The notes under the pieces were generated by a model. That model was not told where the DNA came from and did not search any database. It saw nothing but the letters and a program-made list of their open reading frames with translations. Position numbers and translations under genes: made by a program. Source: an uncultured Planctomycetaceae bacterium (GTDB lineage Bacteria; Planctomycetota; Planctomycetia; Planctomycetales; Planctomycetaceae). From it: a stretch of DNA of 64,000 nt. Positions 49,285 to 58,712 of the stretch are shown here, piece after piece; within the stretch, counting starts at the first letter, position 1; every line of letters begins with the position of its first letter. The DNA is taken from assembly GCA_963976765.1 (NCBI GenBank), contig CAXBME010000007.1, positions 62,001 to 126,000 of the forward strand. The letters run 5' to 3'.

Positions 49285-50580
49285 TTACAGAACTTTGGCA
49301 AGCGCTTCACGGATTCGCGTTTCGCAGCCTGGACCAACCCACAACCACATGTCTTCAAACTTGTCGTCGAAGCACGAGTCCGTCGGAATGTAACCGGGCC
49401 AGCACTCGCCGTAGCCGATCGACTGAACGAAGGCGTCCGGCCTCATTTCCTGAGCCAGCAACTGGTAACCGACGAATGCTTCGCCAGGAAACAGAACAAT
49501 CCGAGCCGGTCCCAGATCGACAACGGGCAAGTCTATCGGTTTATCGCTGATAACTCGCTGCCGACTGCTCAGCGTCATAGCGGCATGAATGCGTTGTCGG
49601 ATCTCGACCGAGTCGTCCTCGATCCGGTTCAGCAGGTAAGCCGCAGTGAACCGGTCTTCGTTTCGGAAGGGAAGTTCGAGCGGCGTCGATCGAAAGTTGA
49701 TTTCGCTGATCGGTGTTTTCTCCGTCGCGTTCCAGGCGGCAAGCATGCCTTTGTAAATCCGATGAGCGAGCAGTTCTCGACTGGCTGGCGAACCATCGTT
49801 GTAACGGCCGGCGGTAACGTCTCCGCTGCAGCCGGACAGGTAGATCTGATGAATCTTCTGATCGTCGCGCCGTCGCCGTTCGCGAGCCATCCCGACAAAG
49901 TCGTATGTCACGCCGCCCCGACCGTAGAAACTCATCGGGTGAGTGGCGTAACTGTGCAGCGCGACCAGAGGCTTGTCGTCACTCCAGAAGCTGATGGTTC
50001 GCAGCCAGGGATCGATCAATCCGTCCGGTGCTTCGGCCATGAACGCGTTGCCGCCAGAACTGCTGCCTCGCCCGAACGAGACTCGACCGTCGGGATGCAC
50101 GACTCGGCGATTCGATGCAACCTGCTCGACTTTGGCCTTCCCGAGTCCCAGGTGCGTGACCGGCGCCGCCTTTTCAAGTGAATCCTTCGCGGCGTCGGCG
50201 ACTCGTTGAACGCAATCTTCGTGAAAGGCAAAGTCGAAGAGTTCTCCGATCAGACCTGCGCGGTTCAGCAGGTTTTCGGCCCCGCCATCGACAACCGGCG
50301 CATCGTGCTGATGGAGACTGCTGAGCAGAACCCGCGTTGGTTCGGTACCGACGGCCCTGGCGATAACTTCCCGCCAGCGTTCGTAGGATTCGTTGCGGAT
50401 CTCGCACCAGTCGACGGCGACAATCACAATCGGATCGTCGTCGCTCAGCAGGACGATGCCGTGAGTCTGTAGCGGATCGACGATCTCTTTCGACTTCGTC
50501 GGCAGCAACCCCATGCACCGATGCCCGAGCGGAATCGTGACATCGACCGAAAACCGTGAGACTTGAATCTGACTGGGCAT
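49285..50580 (-). CDS. Hypothetical protein, neutral-ceramidase-like superfamily
   Basis: VDVTIPLG, DPLQTHG, LHQHDAP, YATHPMS, GCSGDV, FPGEAFVGYQL, GYIPT. Confidence 0.65.
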   Translation of the reverse strand: MPSQIQVSRFSVDVTIPLGHRCMGLLPTKSKEIVDPLQTHGIVLLSDDDPIVIVAVDWCEIRNESYERWREVIARAVGTEPTRVLLSSLHQHDAPVVDGGAENLLNRAGLIGELFDFAFHEDCVQRVADAAKDSLEKAAPVTHLGLGKAKVEQVASNRRVVHPDGRVSFGRGSSSGGNAFMAEAPDGLIDPWLRTISFWSDDKPLVALHSYATHPMSFYGRGGVTYDFVGMARERRRRDDQKIHQIYLSGCSGDVTAGRYNDGSPASRELLAHRIYKGMLAAWNATEKTPISEINFRSTPLELPFRNEDRFTAAYLLNRIEDDSVEIRQRIHAAMTLSSRQRVISDKPIDLPVVDLGPARIVLFPGEAFVGYQLLAQEMRPDAFVQSIGYGECWPGYIPTDSCFDDKFEDMWLWVGPGCETRIREALAKVL

Positions 50581-50727
50581 GATACGTTTCCTGAGTCTGC
50601 GACAGGGCCTTCGGTTGTAGTAACTCCTGTAAGTCTCTGAAATGTCCGCCGAGAAATCCAACCGGTCACGAATGCCGAACTCAATTCAGCTCTGATCATC
50701 ACCCGGAAAAACCAGGAGAAGCGACCC

Positions 50728-51690
50728 ATGAAAATCACCAGTGCCCTTTTTGCAGCGATCGCGTTGTCGTCAACGTTCACCTTCGGAGCCGGCGGCGAGG
50801 CCTTTACCGATCCGGCCAAAGCGGGCCCTGACTTCGCTGTTCAGGGCGAGTACGAAGGAGCGATCGGCGATAAGAAATTCGGTCTGCAGCTGATCGCGCT
50901 GGGCGATGGAAAGTTTGACGGCGTTGTGTTGATGGGCGGCCTGCCGGGAGCTGGGTGGAACAAAGGTGACAAAACCAGCCTCAAGGGTGAAACCGTCGAC
51001 GGTATTACAAAGCTGACGGGGCCGAACTGGGAAGCTCAGATTGAAAACGGAAAGTTGACGGGAACTTCCGGTCTTGCCACGGTTTTGGCAAAGAAGGTTG
51101 AACGAAAGTCGCCCTCTCTGGGAGCAAAGCCACCTGCCGGCGCGACGGTGCTGTTTGACGGCTCAAACGTTGATGCCTGGGAAAGTGGAAAGCTGGTCGA
51201 AGAGGGCGAGCACAAATACCTGGGTGTCGAGGCTCGTACGAAAGAGAAGTTTGAAAACTTCACGCTGCACCTGGAATTTCGGACGCCGTACATGCCGAAG
51301 TCGCGAGGCCAGGGACGAGGCAACAGCGGGATGTACCTGCTCGACCAGTATGAATGCCAGGTGCTCGACTCGTTCGGCCTGGAAGGCAAAGACAACGAGT
51401 GCGGCGGCATTTACAGCATTTCGAAGCCGGACCTCAACATGTGCCTGCCACCTCTTTCCTGGCAGACCTACGACGTCGAATTCACCGCTCCGAAGTTTGA
51501 CAGAGATGGCAAAAGGACTGCTGCTGGCGTCGCCACAATCCGCCTCAACGGTGTCATCATCCACGATAAACGCGAGTTGCCCAAGCCAACTCCGGGCGGT
51601 CGCCAGAACGACGAAAAGCCCGGAGCGCTGTTTTTGCAGAACCACAGCAACCCGGTCGTCTTCCGAAACATCTGGATCGTGAAGAAGTAA
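50728..51690 (+). CDS. DUF1080 (3-keto-disaccharide hydrolase family) exported protein
   Basis: Signal peptide, VLFDG, LHLEFR, GNSGMY, YECQVLDS, WQTYDV, LQNHSNPVVFRNIWI. AGGAG RBS. Confidence 0.9.
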   Translation: MKITSALFAAIALSSTFTFGAGGEAFTDPAKAGPDFAVQGEYEGAIGDKKFGLQLIALGDGKFDGVVLMGGLPGAGWNKGDKTSLKGETVDGITKLTGPNWEAQIENGKLTGTSGLATVLAKKVERKSPSLGAKPPAGATVLFDGSNVDAWESGKLVEEGEHKYLGVEARTKEKFENFTLHLEFRTPYMPKSRGQGRGNSGMYLLDQYECQVLDSFGLEGKDNECGGIYSISKPDLNMCLPPLSWQTYDVEFTAPKFDRDGKRTAAGVATIRLNGVIIHDKRELPKPTPGGRQNDEKPGALFLQNHSNPVVFRNIWIVKK

Positions 51691-51721
51691 AGCAGTCTGC
51701 AAACAGAATCAGCGCATAAAG

Positions 51722-51750
51722 AAAACCCGCCGCTCACGTTGAGCGGCGGG
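51722..51750 (-). terminator. Rho-independent terminator of the minus-strand DUF11 operon
   Basis: CCCGCCGCTCA-cgt-TGAGCGGCGGG 11 bp stem; the minus strand continues TTTTCTTT. Confidence 0.75.
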
Positions 51751-51857
51751 CAGGATTCGCGGGAATCCAGATATCAAGTTCCACAAAGCTGCGCAGCGAG
51801 GAGATGTGCGGGTTGCTCAGCAGATGATGTTTTGTTGAACGCGGTGGGTTGACCTGC

Positions 51858-53456
51858 TTACCGGACTCGGCACTGGAAGGTCACGACTCCGCTGGTCTTT
51901 TCCTTAAGTGGAGCATCCAGCGTGAAGGTCAGCACCAGACTGCCTTCGCCGTTGTCCTGGACATTGATTTCTCCGTCGCGATCGGATGTGGCTGAGTCTT
52001 CAATGTATTCCAGGCGTGGCGTCAGATTGTCGACGATGCGGACGTCAGTAACTTCACGTTCGCCTTTATTTTCGTAGCGGATGGCGAAGGTCACGATGTC
52101 GCCCGGTTTCGCGGTTGAACGGTTCGCCACCTTGACGATTTCCAGCCGACCGGGGTCTTTACGCGGGTCTTCGATGCCAACCATCTCGGCCAGTCGGAAC
52201 TTCGCGGTGACTTCGTGCAGCGAGTCGAGGGTGGCGATCACGACGGGATTCTCGTCGCGAGTCCATGTCGTCGCTGCTTCGATTCCGGCGGCCAGTCGAG
52301 CTTCGTTGGACTGAAGCATCTCGCCACGCAGGAAGTAAGAAAGCCCTTCGTAGGTGTTAAGCAGTTGCTCGTGAGCGTTGAGTCGAGCGACATTGGCAGT
52401 ACCAAGCTGACCTTCGCGAGCGTTGACGCCGCTGGCTCGGCTGCGAACCCGGACTCCGCTGAGCCGCTGAGCATCAATGTAGTGTTGCGGGCCGACGCGG
52501 CTGCTGACACCGGAATCACGAGTCGCCTCGTGCATGCCGGCCAGACGCCCGATGGCGGTTTCGCCTGACGGAGTCGTGACGGCTCGAACGGACGCAAATC
52601 GCGGAGCGTAGATAGCGACCTGATTCGAAGCTTTGACGTGAGGCTTGCCGGTGTGGTCGATGTATTCGCTGATCGTGTCTTCGGTTTCCAGACCGTCGCG
52701 GTACGGTCCCTGATAATGCACTGGATGATCGCGGTCGCCGCCGTCGAGCAGGTATTCGTCGGGGTATTGTTCGTGAGGCTTGCCCAGAATTGGCGAGTCA
52801 CCCGGTTCGTAGACAGCCTGGCCGGATTCTGAAATCGGCAGACGCGGCTCGGCGTACGAAAAGTTGACAGCGCCGGTCTGTTGAACTGGTCCGCCAGGAG
52901 ATCCAAACACTGGAGTACCGTACGGAACTGACGATTCTGAGAACGGAGCCGCAAAGCCTGGATGTGGATGTGGCGGTGCGACGCGAGCAACTCCGCTGGA
53001 ATCGCCTGCGGGAAACTGTCGCGGCTCTGAAGCCTGGTTCTGCGAACGTATCTGAATCGGCTGCTGTGAATTCGCCCCGCAAGAGAACAGACCACGTTTC
53101 TGATTGGCAGCTCGATCGGCAGTAAACAGCGAATAAATCGATCGGCCTTCCTGTTCGGATGCCGGCTGAATTCCCGCCGGGTACTGATGCGGATCGGCGT
53201 ACATCCCGGCTGGGGCGTATTGGCCATTTCCGTACGGTGACTGTCCGGGCAGCGGCTGACCCATTGGAGCCAGACGTGACGACGTACAGTCGCCATTCGC
53301 ACAACAAGCGACGCCGTGAGCACCTGTTGAGAAGTGGTCGAGCGCCGGAAATTTTGGTGCAAGTTTGCTAACCGGAAGATTGCAGCCCGTCGTCGACATG
53401 ACGACGAAGGCGGCGGCTCCGAGCAGCAACTGGTATGAACGTTTCATCGGTGTCAT
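51858..53456 (-). CDS. Probable lipoprotein with C-terminal DUF11 Ig-like domain
   Basis: Lipobox-like STTGC, P/G/Q-rich linker, DEYLLDGGDR, SNQVAIYAPRFASVR, DUF11 KVANRSTAKPGDIVTFAIRYEN...DNLTPRLEYIEDSA. Confidence 0.8.
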   Translation of the reverse strand: MTPMKRSYQLLLGAAAFVVMSTTGCNLPVSKLAPKFPALDHFSTGAHGVACCANGDCTSSRLAPMGQPLPGQSPYGNGQYAPAGMYADPHQYPAGIQPASEQEGRSIYSLFTADRAANQKRGLFSCGANSQQPIQIRSQNQASEPRQFPAGDSSGVARVAPPHPHPGFAAPFSESSVPYGTPVFGSPGGPVQQTGAVNFSYAEPRLPISESGQAVYEPGDSPILGKPHEQYPDEYLLDGGDRDHPVHYQGPYRDGLETEDTISEYIDHTGKPHVKASNQVAIYAPRFASVRAVTTPSGETAIGRLAGMHEATRDSGVSSRVGPQHYIDAQRLSGVRVRSRASGVNAREGQLGTANVARLNAHEQLLNTYEGLSYFLRGEMLQSNEARLAAGIEAATTWTRDENPVVIATLDSLHEVTAKFRLAEMVGIEDPRKDPGRLEIVKVANRSTAKPGDIVTFAIRYENKGEREVTDVRIVDNLTPRLEYIEDSATSDRDGEINVQDNGEGSLVLTFTLDAPLKEKTSGVVTFQCRVR

Positions 53457-54247
53457 TCGGGCGTGCTCCCGTTCTGAGGGACGGAAGAGTTCAGCGGTGT
53501 CTGTGAATCCGGCTGATCCTGTTTCTGGTCAACTGGACGTGGCGTCGAATGCGAAATGAACCCACCCGTTCCGTAAAACGCCGTGCTTTCGCCATGCACT
53601 GACGGCAGCCGGCCTCCGATTCGAACAATGATCGCTGGACGACCGTAACGATCGGCCTGGGCAAGGACGTTCTGAGCGGGCAGCAGCGTGCGAACTCGCG
53701 TCGATTCATCCAAGGCAAATGGTGCGGCCAGTTGTGGCTGCTCGATGTAAACAACTCGCGTTACTAGATTTCCGTTGAGCGCGGACTCGATGTCGTCGCG
53801 GTCGATGTAAACGGGAATCGGAAAGTCGTGCTTCTTGCCGGCTGGCGGGTGCAGGCGGTCGATGATTTCGATCGTTGGATAAATCTCGACGCCAGGCAGG
53901 TCAGGCATGTTGCTGACTCGAAGCCGGTAAAGGTGGCCGACGCTGACGCCCAACTGAACTGGTGACGGGTGTGGCCTCGTTTCCTGAACCGGTCGACTGT
54001 AAAAGACGGAGACAAGGCCTTCTCCGTCCAGCTCGATCTTGATCGGCTGAGACCAGTTGCCTGAACCCTTCCCGGCGAGCGCGGCCCAATGTCCAGCGGT
54101 GCCTGGAGTCAGGTACTGATTGAGTGGCTGAAACTGTCCGTACTGCGGAACAACCTGAGCTTGTCCGCGATCCGCGACGAGCAACAACGACGCCAGAACG
54201 ATCACCAGCATCATCAGGCGTTTTGTTCTGACAGTCTGAAGCAGCAT
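53453..54247 (-). CDS. Exported hypothetical protein (paralog of 54516..55664)
   Basis: Signal peptide ending RGQA; YRLRVSNMP...IYPTIEI, GNLVTRVVY, ADRYGRPAIIVRIG. Stop overlaps the next start (ATGA). Confidence 0.75.
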   Translation of the reverse strand: MLLQTVRTKRLMMLVIVLASLLLVADRGQAQVVPQYGQFQPLNQYLTPGTAGHWAALAGKGSGNWSQPIKIELDGEGLVSVFYSRPVQETRPHPSPVQLGVSVGHLYRLRVSNMPDLPGVEIYPTIEIIDRLHPPAGKKHDFPIPVYIDRDDIESALNGNLVTRVVYIEQPQLAAPFALDESTRVRTLLPAQNVLAQADRYGRPAIIVRIGGRLPSVHGESTAFYGTGGFISHSTPRPVDQKQDQPDSQTPLNSSVPQNGSTPE

Positions 54248-54300
54248 CGACTGGTGTCTCCAGAGTTGAGGGCGGAAAGGTGAAGGCAGAAGATTTCCTG

Positions 54301-54369
54301 CCACAGAGGCACGGAGAATTCGGAGCTGATTCGTGAAGAAGGTAGACTCGAATTCCGGTGCCTCGGTGG
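54301..54369. repeat. Inverted repeat of CCAC(A/C)GAGGCAC type
   Basis: CCACAGAGGCACGGAGAATTCG ... CGAATTCCGGTGCCTCGGTGG. Confidence 0.6.
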
Positions 54370-54515
54370 TAAGAAATCTGCTTCGTAGATTCGCGAGGGC
54401 GTTGGCCAGAAGAATCCGGCAGCCCGGCTCGATTGCCGAGCCGCCGAACACTCTGTCTCTGGTCGAGAGAACTCCGTTGGCTCACCGTCAAGCGACGGAT
54501 GAGCGTTGACTCCGT

Positions 54516-55664
54516 TTAGTGAGTCGGTGGCCAGCCTGGGTTGGCGAACTTCGGATAGCTCACCTCGCCTGGGCTGAAGATCGGATGGTTCTCTTCGTAC
54601 TGGATGTGCTTAACCGGTGCCGGCATGCGGTATCCCGGATTGTGTTTGACGTCGATCAGCAGGTGATCGGTCGGGTCCGGCATCTCATGCTTCGACAGGT
54701 TGCGAATCGTGTGAGACTGCAGGCCGGCTGGTCGTCCCAGCGGAAGATGAGCCGGGCCAGGCAGGCCGATCGGAGTTGACGTCATTGGCATGCCCCACAT
54801 GGGAGTTCCACCCACGCCGGAGATCGGGTTGATCGATGGACGACCGGGGCCACCGGGGCCGCCAACCATCATCGGGCCTGGGACCGACATGTTTCCTTCG
54901 ACGGCGATCGGCATCGGCGGGACGTGCTGACCTTCTTCGCCGTCGGCACTCCAGTACGAGACCTGCTCGACTCCGCCGGGAGCTCCTGGAGCGGCGGCGT
55001 TTGGCATTTCGAGGTCCATGTTGCCCATCCGGAGAACGACCATAATCGTGCCGCGACGTTCGGCTTCAGAAACCGGGTCGACGCCTGGATCGAGCCGCGT
55101 CGAGACAAGTGTCTCAACACCGGCAATCGCCAGTTCCTGGAACTTCGGATCCGGCAGGTAGATCACCTTGGTGACGTAGTTGTTGCTCTCGACCTGGTCG
55201 AGATCTTCGTCGGTAATTTCCAGCGGAGTGCTGTTGTGACCGAGGTACGCATCCGTCGTCGGATGGCCTGGGTAGACCTGCAGCGTCGGGTAAATCGTCA
55301 ACCCTTCGCGGCCCGGAATGTTCGTCAGCTTGAGCCGGTAGGTGGCTCCCTGAGTGTAGTTGTACCGAGCTGGCGTGGTGAGCTGGTTTTCGGCATAGCC
55401 GGGGCCAACCTGCCAGCCGATGCTCATTCCAACCGGGCCCGTAAACCGAACTTGAGTGGTTTCGGCCTGGAACGACCGGGCAGGCGGTGGTCCCATCATT
55501 GGCATGACGCCTGGGCCGGGGCCGTCAACCATTGGCCCGGGATGAGCCATCATGTGTGCGGGGGGCGCGACGTGCTCGCCCCTGTCCACGATCTGCTGGC
55601 CGTCGAGCTGACAGCCTATACAGACCACGAGAATCGTGCCGAGTGCCAGAAAATAGAGTCTCAT
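54516..55664 (-). CDS. Probable lipoprotein, Pro/Gly/Met-rich, conserved hypothetical
   Basis: Lipobox-like [14 protein letters not shown]...[49 protein letters not shown]. Confidence 0.8.
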   Translation of the reverse strand: MRLYFLALGTILVVCIGCQLDGQQIVDRGEHVAPPAHMMAHPGPMVDGPGPGVMPMMGPPPARSFQAETTQVRFTGPVGMSIGWQVGPGYAENQLTTPARYNYTQGATYRLKLTNIPGREGLTIYPTLQVYPGHPTTDAYLGHNSTPLEITDEDLDQVESNNYVTKVIYLPDPKFQELAIAGVETLVSTRLDPGVDPVSEAERRGTIMVVLRMGNMDLEMPNAAAPGAPGGVEQVSYWSADGEEGQHVPPMPIAVEGNMSVPGPMMVGGPGGPGRPSINPISGVGGTPMWGMPMTSTPIGLPGPAHLPLGRPAGLQSHTIRNLSKHEMPDPTDHLLIDVKHNPGYRMPAPVKHIQYEENHPIFSPGEVSYPKFANPGWPPTH

Positions 55665-55690
55665 CAGTTTGCCTCGCGACCAGAGTGCGC

Positions 55691-55784
55691 GGTGATTCAG
55701 CCGGCAGGTTCACCCCTGCCGGATATCACCAGACTGAACGTAAAAAGGGAGCTACAGCTGTCAGCTCCGGATCTCCGGAGCTGA
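55691..55784. promoter_or_regulatory. Two strong hairpins/palindromes in the leader of 54516..55664
   Basis: GGTGAT..CCGGCAGG/CCTGCCGG..ATCACC (55691-55730) and TCAGCTCCGGA-tc-TCCGGAGCTGA (55761-55784). Confidence 0.45.
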
Positions 55785-56008
55785 ACTGCAGCCTGTGTTT
55801 GCTGAAGCCGTCTTTGCCGTCGACCTGGTGGCCGACGTCCCACTAAGATGGGGAATCTGTGCTGCGTTTCTGCGACGCTTGGCCGACGCGAAGTCAACCA
55901 GACTTTGCCGCAAAGCGAGCGGAGCGACACCACGAAGCGGCATCACATCCCTTCTTGTCGGACTACTTCGACCGGAATCTTTGGCAAATCCGTTAATTTC
56001 GGCATAAC

Positions 56009-57031
56009 ATGAAAAGTCTTCCCCGTTTACCAATCGTCGCATTTCTTTCTGCTGTAACGGTTTACGCCTGGATTTCGCTCTCCGGAGCCCACGGGCAGGA
56101 AGCAAATTCGGACGCCGCGAATCCTGCGTCCGAAGCCGCGTCTGCCAGGCCAGCCGGGCCGGAGCAGCCTCCAGCGAGTGAAGACGGTTCTGCACAGGAG
56201 AAGCCGTCCGTCGCCAGGCGGAATGAGAAGTCTGGAGCGTCCGCACTGGTCACGCTGGGGGCCGCACGCGACCGACTGATTTCCTACCGCTCGGTACAGG
56301 CTCAAATGGTTGAAACCGTGGACCTGGGGCTGCGACGTTTCCGGATGAAAGGCAGCTATCTGCAGGGAACGGAATATAAATTGCGGCTTGAATACGACCT
56401 TCTGGTGGGTAACACCAAGGCCCACCTGGTCGAGATCTGTGATGGACAGATCCTCTGGTCACATCAGACGATCGGAGCTGACGAGAAAGTCACTCGCCGC
56501 AATGTTCGTCAGATTCGAGCCGCAGCGGTTGCTGCTGGGACAACGGCTCAAAACTCTGCAAATGCCGACCTCGGGCTCGGCGGCCTACCGGGACTACTCG
56601 CCGGCATTCAGAAGTCCGTCCAACTGGAAAAGCAGTGGGAGCAGGATGTCAACGAGCTGACTTTCGTCGTGATCGAAGGCGGCTGGAAAAAGGGCTTCCG
56701 CTCGAAATTCCTCGGCGAGGAAGCATCGTCCGATCAACCACTGCCGACGTTCGTGCCGGACCAGGTTCGGATTTACTTCGAGCAGGAATCTCTATTTCCT
56801 CGCCGTATTCTCTATCTGAAGCGTTCAGAGGATGGCACACGCCGACCGATGGTCACACTGGATTTCGTCGATGTGAAATGGGATGTCGAACTTGCCGAAG
56901 ACGCCTTCAACTACACCCCCCCCGAAAAAGTCGCCCGTCAGGACGTTACGCAGGCCTACATCAATCGCTTCGTACCACCGGCGCAGGATGATGCATCAGG
57001 AGTACCGGCGGAGGGATCCACGGCAAAGTAA
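56009..57031 (+). CDS. Exported LolA-like (lipoprotein-carrier fold) hypothetical protein
   Basis: Signal peptide, ICDGQILW, YFEQESLFPRRI, C-terminal LAEDAFNYTPP resembling the LolA-family FxFxPP end. Confidence 0.55.
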   Translation: MKSLPRLPIVAFLSAVTVYAWISLSGAHGQEANSDAANPASEAASARPAGPEQPPASEDGSAQEKPSVARRNEKSGASALVTLGAARDRLISYRSVQAQMVETVDLGLRRFRMKGSYLQGTEYKLRLEYDLLVGNTKAHLVEICDGQILWSHQTIGADEKVTRRNVRQIRAAAVAAGTTAQNSANADLGLGGLPGLLAGIQKSVQLEKQWEQDVNELTFVVIEGGWKKGFRSKFLGEEASSDQPLPTFVPDQVRIYFEQESLFPRRILYLKRSEDGTRRPMVTLDFVDVKWDVELAEDAFNYTPPEKVARQDVTQAYINRFVPPAQDDASGVPAEGSTAK

Positions 57032-57051
57032 GCACCACTTTCACTGGAAGC

Positions 57052-57465
57052 ATGTCAAAAATGATTGCTGAAGAAGCAGTTCAATCGATCTCGATGGTGG
57101 CTTTTCTGCTTCGTGCTGGATGGCTCCCTATACTTAGTTCTGGTCTCGTTTTTTCTGTGTGGGGAATTATCAACCTCGTACGCAGTTCAAGCCCACATCA
57201 GGTACTGCTTCAATCACTCTTCTCACTATTGCCGGGAATCATGGGAATTATCGCAATCTATTCAGCGTACGTTGACCTCGCTCGAATGGCGACAATGACA
57301 ACTGCACCGAAACCTACGGAGTTTGCTTCGGTAACAGGCTCTGCGGTGTCATCAGGCATTTTCGGCATTGCTGGGTCAATCATCCCGCTCACGCTTGGGG
57401 TGTTTGCCATGTGGCGTTTTGTGCAGAAGCAAAGCCCTGGTAACAGGAACGAGAGCATTTCGTAG
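57052..57465 (+). CDS. Small 3-TM protein resembling a MotA/TolQ/ExbB channel fragment
   Basis: LPGIMGIIAIYSAYVDLA...APKPTEFASVTGSAVSSGIFG. Visibly more AT-rich than its neighbours. Confidence 0.5.
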   Translation: MSKMIAEEAVQSISMVAFLLRAGWLPILSSGLVFSVWGIINLVRSSSPHQVLLQSLFSLLPGIMGIIAIYSAYVDLARMATMTTAPKPTEFASVTGSAVSSGIFGIAGSIIPLTLGVFAMWRFVQKQSPGNRNESIS

Positions 57466-57554
57466 AATCCTGCGTGACGCTGACCGTAGCAGTCAGCACC
57501 AGAATCGGAACCAACGGTGTGTCGAGACACACCCTGCGCGAAGAGTCATCGCTG

Positions 57555-58595
57555 ATGTCCAGAAAACGTCGTTGGACACCACCAAAGCTGAGCTATCAGG
57601 CATCGCCGGATCAGCCGACGGTTCCGAGCTGGATTGTCTCGATCTGCCTGCACGGTACGCTGATGTTCTGCTTCGCCGCTGGTCTGCAAAGCTGCGAACG
57701 TGGTCAGTCCGGCGCGAGTGACGAGAACTTCCGAGACGTCGGCATTTATGTCAAAGATGCCGCCGACCAGCTCGAAAATAACGTCGCTGAAAATACAACC
57801 GAGCCGCCGGCTCCTGACCTCTCACAGGCCAACACCGAGACCGTCCCGACGGAAGCTGAACTGGCCGACGCGGCTGCCGAAAGTCTTAACAGTATCCCTA
57901 ATGATCTGGTCAGTCTTCCGGACCTGGACACGCCGCTGGTCCTTGGAGCCGGGCAATCATTCAGCATGCCGGCACCCGCCACAGCCGCGAACGTTCTGGA
58001 GTCGACCGACGGAGCTCCCGTCGCCACCTCCACACAATCAACGAAGCACGGCGAAACATCGTTTTTCGATATCAAGGCTTCCGGCACGCGTTTCGTTTAT
58101 GTGGTTGACTATTCGAGCAGCATGGGCTTCTACAAGCAGCTTCTGGTTGCCAAGGGCGAAGTCGCGGCGAGTCTGCAAAGTCTCGATTCGACTCAGCAGT
58201 TTCAGATCATTTTCTACAACACACATTTCCGAGAAATGTCGCTGAGCAATCTGGCACCATCCATGTGGTGGGCAACCGAAATTCGCAAGAACCAGGCTCG
58301 GCAATACCTCAGCGGTATCGGACCGGAAGGCGGCACCGCTCACATGCCAGCGTTGAAGAAGGCACTCAGCTACAGCCCGGAAAACATCTTCCTGTTGACC
58401 GACGCCGAACAGCCAATCATGTCGGCAGCGGATCTCAACGAAATCAAGCGGATCAATCGAGGCAAATCCGCGATTCACACGGTCGAGTTCGGTCGTGGCG
58501 CCAACCTGGACGTTGACAACTTTCTCAAGAAACTGGCTCGTGAAAATGGCGGCAGTTATCGATACCGCGACGTGACCAAATTCGGTCGCAAGTAA
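57555..58595 (+). CDS. Membrane-anchored vWA domain protein
   Basis: Anchor SWIVSICLHG (TonB-like SxxxH), acidic/Pro linker, MIDAS VVDYSSSM, GGT, LLTD, LKKLARENGGSY. Confidence 0.8.
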   Translation: MSRKRRWTPPKLSYQASPDQPTVPSWIVSICLHGTLMFCFAAGLQSCERGQSGASDENFRDVGIYVKDAADQLENNVAENTTEPPAPDLSQANTETVPTEAELADAAAESLNSIPNDLVSLPDLDTPLVLGAGQSFSMPAPATAANVLESTDGAPVATSTQSTKHGETSFFDIKASGTRFVYVVDYSSSMGFYKQLLVAKGEVAASLQSLDSTQQFQIIFYNTHFREMSLSNLAPSMWWATEIRKNQARQYLSGIGPEGGTAHMPALKKALSYSPENIFLLTDAEQPIMSAADLNEIKRINRGKSAIHTVEFGRGANLDVDNFLKKLARENGGSYRYRDVTKFGRK

Positions 58596-58712
58596 GAAAG
58601 GATCACGCAAAGGCGAGATTCTTTGACGACGTCAGAATCCAGGTCACGATGCCAGAGCAATCCAGTTGCAGTCTTCGCAGAATTATCTCAACGAACGGAA
58701 AGTACGAGTTCG

